From Dimorphilus gyrociliatus (Eukaryota; Animalia; Annelida): a DNA stretch of 64,000 bases. Both the position numbers and the translations under genes were made by a program. The notes under the pieces were generated by a model. It did not search any database. It was not told the origin of the DNA and worked only from the letters and a program-made list of their open reading frames with translations. The stretch lies in contig CAJFCJ010000018.1 of NCBI GenBank assembly GCA_904063045.1, forward strand, positions 868,001-932,000, written 5' to 3'. Shown here piece by piece: positions 55,004 to 64,000 of this stretch (its first letter is position 1; each line of letters begins with the position of its first letter).

Positions 55004-55760
55004 TTATACTTTTAAATTTCTTTGAAGACCAATAACATAATCAAACAATTCGGTATTATGAAATTTTCCATCTCGATTGTCCAATAAATAGTAGAACCAT
55101 TTATTCTTTACTTTCATTGACAACTGGGGTGCACCAGATGATCGTGCTCTCATTAAACTGAGATTTTCCAATGGAATAATCATTTCCTTCGTTGACCCCA
55201 AATAGGAATATGTTGCTAATTTTACCTTTTCTCCTCTCTTTAAAAGTGTAAGAGACTTTACACTTCTTTGAGGATATACCAGAGTGAAAAATAAAATCAA
55301 TCCTCCTAAATAAGCGCGAAAATAAGGTTACAAAATATTTTACTTTTAGAATAGCAATAACAAAATACTTACCAACAACTATGGAGCCAAATGTTAATGT
55401 ATTACTGTACTTTGATTGCAAATGGGATACCATTGATAACCAAGCGGTCTCATTATCTCTCTTTTCAAGTTTTTTTGAACTAGAAACAAATAATGCCAAA
55501 TTTCCCCAGAATATAAACTGCACCATTCCAAAAATACTTATCATTCTATAGAGATTATCATTTTCATAAGTATAAATGTGGACATCCTTTGGCACGTTAG
55601 TAAGTTTTTCAAAGTTTATTTTAGAGTTGTTTTGCCTCGTAGAAAATAATCTTTTAAAGTTACAGTCTTTTAAGGCATTTTTCAATGCATGCTCATTTCT
55701 TAAAAGTGAACTAATCCGAGCGATACTACAAGACCGAATGAGTTTGAAAGCTTGAAACAT
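55004..55760 (-). CDS. TMEM223: Transmembrane protein 223 (mitochondrial)
   Basis: Two exons; KDVHIYTYENDNLYRMISIFGMVQFIFWGNLA, YPQRSVKSLTL, KVKNKWFYYLLDNRDGKF...LFDYVIG. Confidence 0.88.
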
Positions 55761-56284
55761 AGTTTTCCGGAAAAATCAGTCGATTTACTTCGAAATAAAG
55801 TATTAAGGGTTACAATATATTTTCAGACAAAGTTTCAATTCTTATTTTTAGAATGATATATGGCTTTGAATAGCTTTTAAAAATTCCCAAGAACAAATTA
55901 TAACCGCTAGATGGGGCCAATGCCGCTTCATGTTTTTTCGTATTTTTTCTTTAATGGAAATAAAAATTTATAATGTTTTTCGTATCGTTTAAACAAGTGT
56001 TAAATAATTCTTTCTAAATCAAAGATGGGAAAATTATTTTTCTTTTAGTTTCAACTTTTAAAATTATTTTGGTAAAAAAAAAGAATTTTTTGAAAATTAA
56101 TAACCAATCAAAAAATTATAAAAAATTTTAAAAGGAATGTTCCTCCTACTTATTATACGTTGTTTATATAATTCTCCGATTTTTCCATTATCATTTTAAA
56201 GCCAAAAAGGTTGGATCTCGAAAGCAATTCCCGACGGATTTTAGTAATACCGCATTCCGATTTTAAAAATTTCAACACTAAAGA

Positions 56285-58118
56285 ATGTCTGAAAAACCGC
56301 CAATTCCCGCTGAAGCTAAATCGACAGGTCCTCCGGCTATGCCTCCTAATCGACCTAGAAAAGCGCCTGAGCTACCTGCTTTCGAAAGACGAAATTGGTT
56401 GATCCATTTGCATTATATTAGACGAGAATATGATCGTTGTAAAATTCTAATAAAAGAACAACTAGCTGAATCTAGTGATATGTGTGAATATGCTTATTAT
56501 GTTCAAGCCCTGATAAAAAGGCAGGAAGGATCTATTCAAGAGGCATTAGAACTGTTTCAAACGTGTGCTTTGTTAAATTCGGGCAATGCGAACAATTTAA
56601 AACAAGTAGCTAGATGTTTATTCCTCCTTGCCAGACACAAGGCAGCAATCGATGTTTATCACGAAGCAGCGAAGCTAAATGATAGTGACTGGGAAATTTT
56701 ACATAACATAGGAGTTTGTCATATGTACATGCAGAATTTTACTAAAGCTAAGGAAAGTTTAGAGCAGGCTCTAACAATAAGAAAAAATGACTTGAGTTAT
56801 ATAATGCTAGCAAAAATTTATTTAATGGAAAAAAATGTTGATAAAGCTCTTGATGTTCTTAATGATGCCTTGAAAATTAGTCCAGAAAATATTGAAATTC
56901 TAACCACTCTAGGCCTACTTTATTTGAGGTAAGCTTTCAAATTTTCTACCGAAATTGAAGTTTAAATTTATATCTCTTATAATATTAGAGTTGGCGATTA
57001 TCACAAGAGTTTCGAGCATTTGGGAAATTCCATGACTTTTGATTCGTCGAATGTTAAAGCTATTTTAGCTTCGGGTTCTATGATGCAGCAGCATCAGGAT
57101 TTTGATGTAGCTCTCTCCAAGTATCGTATCGCTTCTGATAAGCACCCAGAATCTCCTGCTTTGTGGAATAATATTGGTATGTGTTTTTTTGGGAAAAAGA
57201 AATTTGTAGCCGCTATTAGTTGTCTGAAAAGAGCAAGTTATTTTGCACCGTTTGAATGGAAGATTCTCCATAATTTGGGACTGGTTCATTTGACAATGGA
57301 GCAGTATGCCTCCGCTTTTCATTTTCTTTCAGCTGCAATCAATTTTAAACCTAAATATGGACCATTGTTTTCTCTTTTAGCAGTAGCTCTGTCAAATTTA
57401 AACGATAATGACAACGCCATAGAAGCTTACAAACAGGTATATATTCTGTACAATAAACATTTTTTTGATTTAAATATCCTAATTTGAATTTTCAGGCGAT
57501 AAAGTACGATTCTAACAACTTGTTCACTCAGTTGAATTATGCTATTTTTCTGTATAAAATTGATGATAAAAGAGGAGCAGCCAACGCCTTTAAAGCTGCT
57601 GAGGCTTTACGCGATTCCATGGATGCCTCAAAAATATCACGAGATGTTCTAGATACCTTTAAGACCTTTGGTGCAATCTTACAAACCGGTCAGAGTTACA
57701 AAAAGAGTGAACCGCCTGTTCAAAATCAGGAACCAGCTCGCCCGCAACACCCAATAAGGCAAACAATTCAGAGTCCTGCTCCAGATTTGCCTACTCCTCC
57801 AAGTCATCCTGTTGGTGAACAACCACCAAGTTATGATATGGTATGTTCTTTTGTAAAAACTCTAATACTCAGTCCAACCTGATTTTTCAATCTTTCGAAT
57901 GTTCATAGTTTTTAGAGATATAGGTGAAGAATAAGGTAAAAAGCAAAATGCTTTCACCGTTTTAAAATTATCATATATAACTCTAGATCACCCATTCAAG
58001 CAACGTATTCGCAATTACCTATGACTATTTCTTCCAGGTTATGAAACAATCTGTATTAGATTCTAGAAAGGATGTAATGGAAAAGAGAGGTCGTCAGGGC
58101 GCTCTGCCCCCAATATAA
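56285..58118 (+). CDS. BBS4: Bardet-Biedl syndrome 4 protein (TPR, BBSome)
   Basis: [61 protein letters not shown]; last exon 58038-58118 (...GALPPI*). An alternative tiny last exon ending at 57927 is possible. Confidence 0.93.
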
Positions 58119-58584
58119 ACACCGAATATTATCTTGAAATTTTTATCATTCATATTCGAATTTTGTCACTCTGTAATCAGTATTTTGCTTCAATGTTATT
58201 TTGTATTAAAATTATTTAATTTAAAAATTGAATTGTTTATTCTAATGAAGCTATATATATATTAAGCAATTTATGCACCTTAATGAATTTTACTAAAAAA
58301 GTAATTTCTATTTTCTGTAAAGATCAACATTTATATTTCTCGAGATAATTAATGAGAATTTTTCACGTAACATACGGAATATCATAGTTGAATGTTCATA
58401 TTTAAGTTTGAAACTTTTAAAAAAAAGAGATTTTTAATGCAAGAACTCTTCAGTCTTTAATATCTTAGCTTTGTTTTAAAATCATACACATTTAGACAAT
58501 ATATACTGTAGATACATATTTACAAGTACGTATACATGTTTATATATTTTATATTCGACGTTTGCAGTATATTCTTTTAGAGTG

Positions 58585-59228
58585 CTAAAACCCGTGGACC
58601 TGTAATAATAATAATAGTAAAAAATATAATAAAATATGAGGCAAAATAATATAAATGAATGAAAATATTACTTTAATCTGCTCCGGCTTTGCTAGTCCAA
58701 TCTTTACCAGGAAGTCATGAATATTTTGCCTTTGATCTCCTTGAAATTGAATTACTTCCCCATATTCAGAATGTTCAACAACGGTCCCGTTACAGGCAAA
58801 TTCCTGAATTGTAATAACAATGATTAATAATTATTACGCAAAACAGTGCAACTTTTCTCTCAAAACATATTTTGACATGTCAAGCTAAATAAATTAAACA
58901 AAATCTTTTAACATTGACAGTTTGGTAATTACTGGTTGTAATAAATATTAGAACATGCCTTTTTGCAAACTTTTACTATCTTTTTCAAGTCGAATTCGTC
59001 TTTAATTCCTTGAACTGTAGTCAGAGTTTTTCTACCGTTTCGTTGTTGGATTCGAATATGAATTACTCCTCCTTGACTAGACCCAGACACAGCATTATCA
59101 CTGAAAGGATCTGAAAGTGAGAAACCATATATTCAAACTCTTGCTTGATTCTTAAACATTTTGCAATTTGGTAAATAAAAAATACCGTTTTGTTGAAGGT
59201 TAACGAATGTTTTTCCAGCGTTGCTCAT
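58585..59228 (-). CDS. EIF1: Eukaryotic translation initiation factor 1 (SUI1)
   Basis: Four exons: ...IHIRIQQRNGRKTLTTVQG...FACNGTVVEHSEYGEVIQFQGDQR...IKVHGF*. Confidence 0.97.
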
Positions 59229-59802
59229 AAGAGGTGATTGTGATTAATCAATGAATAAAGTTTTCAAGAAAGATCACGATATCAGCAATTGGATATATGC
59301 AGATAGCACAAGAACGTTTCTGGAATCGAAGCAGTACTGTCTTTATTTCCGGTTAGAGGGTGAATGTTTTGCTTCAATTGTAAACTACCCCGCGCATGCT
59401 CGATAAAAAGAGAGTGACTAAAAACCATCGAATAGTTCACTACAAATTAGTTTTGCTTAAAAGTAATATATTTTAATAAAAATTCATTTGTGGGATTCTA
59501 CCTTGCTAAAATAAATGAATTGGAAATTTATTTATTAAGATATATTTCAGAAGTCACTGTGTATTTTTAACAATTTATTGTTTTGTAAATTTTTTACAAA
59601 TAAAATCTATAAAAAATCTGTCAGATTCCCGCAAATTGTCATGTTTCTTTTTAAATTTTGTCTGCTCAACACATCAATAATATATGTTGGTATTTTTATA
59701 AATTTGGGAGCAGACGTGACAATCGTAAATTAGTCATATCCGTAATAAACTGGTTCTTGTTAATAAATTCGGAGAAATTTCTTTCAATTTACCAAGATAG
59801 AA

Positions 59803-61987
59803 ATGGCTCAAATTAGAGAAACAGTTGAATTATTATGTAAAATCTTAAAGGAAAATGGAACTAGTCCAGTCAAAGCAGAAGTATTTCGCTTGTCAAAATT
59901 TGACAATCCTGCTGTGGTAAGCAGAAAATTAAGAGAAAAAATGTTCCAAGGCCTACTAATTTTAATAATCCTTTTTTTTAAAAGACAGCAGATATGTGGA
60001 AGATGTTATTTGAAGTTATTTACTTTTGTAATTATGGGGAAAATGATACAGTCTGTTTTTCGGCGGAGAAAGAATTTACTAAAGGTAAATTATTGTTAGG
60101 CAATCCTAGAAATATTTGATTTGTCTAGTTTATTCTGGTTGTTACTGGTAATTTACTTACACACACACACATATATATATTATTATTACTTTAATATATT
60201 TTCCCTTTAAAGTTTTTTTATTTGAGAGAAACTTTTAAGCAAATTAATTTAGAGGATATTTTTTAATTAGAGGAACTGGTTGTTTATACGAAGAAAGAAG
60301 TGATCAAACGCGGGCATATCTGTACCGAGTTTGCTGGGTTACCAACGGATATGTCAAAGGGTAGTAGAGCTATTTTGCTTGCTTTTGGTTTCATTTTATG
60401 GAAAGAGTCGGTAATATTAAAGTATATGGCAAGAATGACTTCCATGTTTTCCACGTTACTTCTAAAAACCCAGGTAGGTCTTAAAGAATCGAAACTAATC
60501 ATATTGACAATAATATATTGATTTTATTTAATCTTCTTCTGACCAATTAACTTAAGGAACAGATTCTATTTAATTTTCACCCTTAGGCAATACCTGAAGA
60601 ATTCTCAGATCTACTGCTAAGGGATACGGATAACATTGATGAAAAAGTTCAACAACTATTGTGCTTAAACAACAAATTACGATATAATCTAAGGTCGTTG
60701 TTGACTTTGCAAAAAGAGTGTACATCTATGCAAAATAGGGTAAAATACTTGCTGCACTTAAAGAAATTTGTTTACCATTTGTATATTAAAATTTGAAACA
60801 GATGCACAGAGCCACTACAAATTCAGGGGGTATTCCCTCAAGTACAGATCGACCGCATCTATCTACACTAGAAATATATATGCTTAACAATCCAGATTTA
60901 ATGAAAACAGTATGTATTTTCTTTTTTGTATTCTTGATGAGGCATTATTATTATTTTTTTAGAGTGTTAATCTATTGGATAAAGACAATAAGAGATTACA
61001 GCACCTAATAGAATGGAAATCTCATCACGAAACTTTTTTTTTGTGGATGGTATGTCGACAAGTTAAATGCCTGTATAAACCACTAAAAATGTTTTGCTTA
61101 TAGGATAGTGTATTGCAAGAGAAATTGAAATCTTACTCTAAACAAACACCAGATGAACTGTCAACTGATTCCGAAACTGAGGTAAATACCAAACTCAAAC
61201 ATGCATAATTAAATTACATTTGGATTTCAAAAGTTAAGAGTTTTATTTTTTGACAGAAGTTTATACATTTTCTCAATCAAGATTATGAAGAAAAAATGAA
61301 AACTGCTCATGATAATTTGCATGAAGTAATCTCAAAATATCAGCATATTGTTGATCATCTAGAAGAGAACATTCTTATTAAGGTAAATTATCTGCAAGAT
61401 AATTCGGACAACTATATTAATAAAATGTGCTAATCAAATAGGATGCAGAATTAACAGAGGAACATTTAGATAATATTTTACAAGATATCAGTTTTGAAGT
61501 TGCTGTTCAAAAAGTTAATATTGCTTTGAAACGTTGTGATACCGCATCTAATGGAGATAATTATTCACCTGTATTTAATTCAGGGGTAAAGATAATTTAC
61601 ATTGAAATCGTTAAATCAATTATACTTATTCTAAACTAATGATTCTCAGTTTGCAAAGTCTGGTGAGGATTCAGAATATGACTTTTTAAACCCTCCTGCT
61701 TTGTTTGATGTACCCGCTCTTCAATTGAATACTGAGAGTGGCTGCAGTACCTCGGTTTGTTCAGACTTGGATTTTGAAATGTCCTCGTTAAAGGTAGGAA
61801 ATTTTTGCAATAATAATGATATGATTATTAAATTGACTCTATGTTGTAGAGAGATCTGCAAGCACTCCAAACGAAGTTAATGGTACAGTCTAACAAAATA
61901 ACAACTGATCTGGAGGATTTAAGTTCTCAATTTTCTGAGACAATACTAACTCCTCCAATTTCAGCTCGTCCAACTCAATTTATGTGA
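59803..61987 (+). CDS. TEDC1: Tubulin epsilon and delta complex protein 1 (C14orf80-like)
   Basis: EVFRLSKFDNPAV|TADMWKMLF and GSRAILLAFGFILWK resemble TEDC1 FRRAKFD / GSRELLLAL motifs; multi-exon. Confidence 0.7.
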
Positions 61988-62593
61988 TCTCAAATTTTTG
62001 AACAACATATTGCGTAGAAGTTTTCCAATGATAATGTGTTCACTTGACAATTTATCGTGATATATCAATATTGATTTCATCTTTTAGGTTGTGCCATTTT
62101 TATTTCTTAGTCGAACATTTTTTCACGAAAATCCTTTCCAAGGCCTGTTAGATTTAGATATTTATTAACATATATTTGTTTATTTTTCCTTATTTTTGTA
62201 TAATGCAGACAAATATTTTCTTGCATTATCTTTAATCTGTGCACAAATGGATGAGATTGAAATTTTCTACACTTTAATTTTGATGGAAGATATTTTTCAC
62301 TGATTTGTTATGAGCAATATATTAAATGTTACCTGAATTAAGGATTTGCGGTGTTTTAAATGTACAATTTCACGGTTTGAAAGCCGTGATTTGACTGCTT
62401 AAAAAGATGCAATGTATCACTTTGAATTTTTGCAAATTGTAGAAGTGTTTTTTTTTGTATACTTTGAAGTTTGAGATCGAAGTTAACAATGTTTTTAATA
62501 AATCATGAAGAATAAGAAATTAGAGTCTCTTGTTTGTTTTGACTTCAGTTTTAGCCTGGATCGTGGTTTATATCTTTAGCTCCAGCAGGCAAA

Positions 62594-62652
62594 AATACGA
62601 ATAATAAGAACCTGATTATTTCTGCTTCGTTTAGGTTCTTTATATTCGTATT
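62594..62652 (+). ncRNA. Candidate pre-miRNA-like hairpin
   Basis: 22-nt arms AATACGAATAATAAGAACCTGA / TTAGGTTCTTTATATTCGTATT pair at 20 of 22 positions (one G-U) with a 15-nt loop. Confidence 0.35.
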
Positions 62653-62729
62653 CTGAATGGGACTTTTTAAAGTTAAATTAGGTTGGAATGTATTTTTAAA
62701 ATTGTCAAAACTAGATTCGACGTTATAGA

Positions 62730-63694
62730 ATGAATGGTATGTAAAGTATTATATTGCAACTTATCATCTGTATGGATAAAATTTGATATCAATCATGTTT
62801 TTTTAAATAAATACTTTTTACGATCATTTTGAATTTTTGTTTTTTTTAATATTTTTTAGGGGAAACTTTACAAAGAACTCCACTAAATTTTAACGATTTT
62901 ACTGAAAATATATTGGAAGTATTGGAAGTAATTGTTCACAGTTTGCTCTATACAACAGGAATTTATCCCGATGGCACGTTTAGGGAAAGTAGCAAGTATC
63001 TGATACCTATTCCGGTTAGTTATTTTCTCATCTTTTTTCTCTTTAAAGGTTCATTTGTTTAATTTAAATTTGTTGTAGATTTGCAAGGAAAGGCTTGTGT
63101 TTTCGTATATTCACAATGCTGTGCTTTCTTTAAAGTCGTTATTGAAAGAGCAGTCCATTAGCACCTTTAACTTATTGATAACAGATGGAAATGCTAAAAC
63201 GGTTTGTCAATTTGTCATAGAATTCAATTTTGGGAATAATTTCATTCAAAATTTAAGGTGAGCAGTTGTCAATAGGCCTAAATTTAATACTAAAAATAAT
63301 TTAAATTATTCTTATTAGTGATAGTCAGAAAGATGACCTAGTGGGAGCATTTCGTGCCTTGCTAAGTGTAATTAAATCGTGTAGCATTTTACAAAACATA
63401 AGATCACTGGAAAAGAAATCATGGCTAATAGAAGTTATTGGGAAGAATTCTGATTTAAAAATAGTTACAAATAATTCAGATTTGATGAATTGGAAGAAGA
63501 CTAATATGAATTCGTTATCAACCGACTTTTCAATTATACCATTGAAATCAATATGGTGTGATACTTTTTCAGTAAGTATAATATGCAAATTTTTCAATAT
63601 ATGGATATATACAGTATATATATATATATATACATATTATACTATTATTCAAATAAAATAGATGCAGTGCTTTCTAAAGGAACGTAATTCTTAG
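62730..63694 (+). CDS. MAD2L2: HORMA-domain protein MAD2L2/REV7-like (divergent)
   Basis: ILEVLEVIVHSLLYTTGIYPDGTFRESSKYLIPIP, VCQFVIEF, AFRALL, IIPLKSI...FSMQCFLKER*. Confidence 0.72.
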
Positions 63695-64000
63695 CATACA
63701 ACTAAAAAAGAAACTTGTCCCCTCACTATTATCATCTTTTATTACTACTGATTACATATTCTTTGAAAATATCATTCAAACTATTTTATTCGTTTATCTA
63801 TTAATATATAAATATTTTTAATACTCATTTATGTTTTAAAAGCATTGTTTTCATATTAAAATAATATAATAAAAATACTTTAAGTAAACAAGTAATTACA
63901 AGATTAATATCTATATTATTATGCAAAATAGAAATATGATTAATTGATATTATACAAATATTAAAATGAAGGAAGTTCAATATATGAATAGATGACTCAA

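Overview
AT-rich, very gene-dense eukaryotic (metazoan) genomic DNA. I reconstructed 26 protein-coding genes by hand, mostly with ~45-65 nt GT-AG introns. The architecture resembles a miniaturised invertebrate genome such as the annelid Dimorphilus (inference only). Gene order: CIT(-, runs off left edge), COA3(+), ZNF830(-), PTPN23(+), SLC17-like(+), ELP3(-), COQ10(+), TMEM164(+), mt EF-Tu(-), HAT1(+), ARPC3(-), EPT1/SELENOI(+), TSPAN13/31(-), TPX2(-), novel CAP-Gly protein(+), degenerate ABCA(+), PSMB4(-), ARL15(+), PPP6C(-), HTD2(-), GTF2E2(+), TMEM223(-), BBS4(+), EIF1(-), TEDC1(+), MAD2L2(+). I found no tRNA/rRNA, CRISPR or clear transposon. Most notable: (1) a module at 40997-47923 of a perfect oestrogen-response-type palindrome, CCAAT/TATA/Inr promoter, GC-rich self-complementary leader with small ORFs, and an intact ABCA-like gene with both ATPase cassettes catalytically degenerate; (2) a tetraspanin with duplicated alternative last exons mirroring vertebrate TSPAN13 vs TSPAN31; (3) a kinase-less Citron; (4) three U12-type introns, one AT-AC; (5) a divergent EF-Tu2-like factor; (6) ten head-to-head gene pairs, an operon-like HTD2-PPP6C junction and a pre-miRNA-sized hairpin. 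Gene names come from recognised motifs, not database searches.
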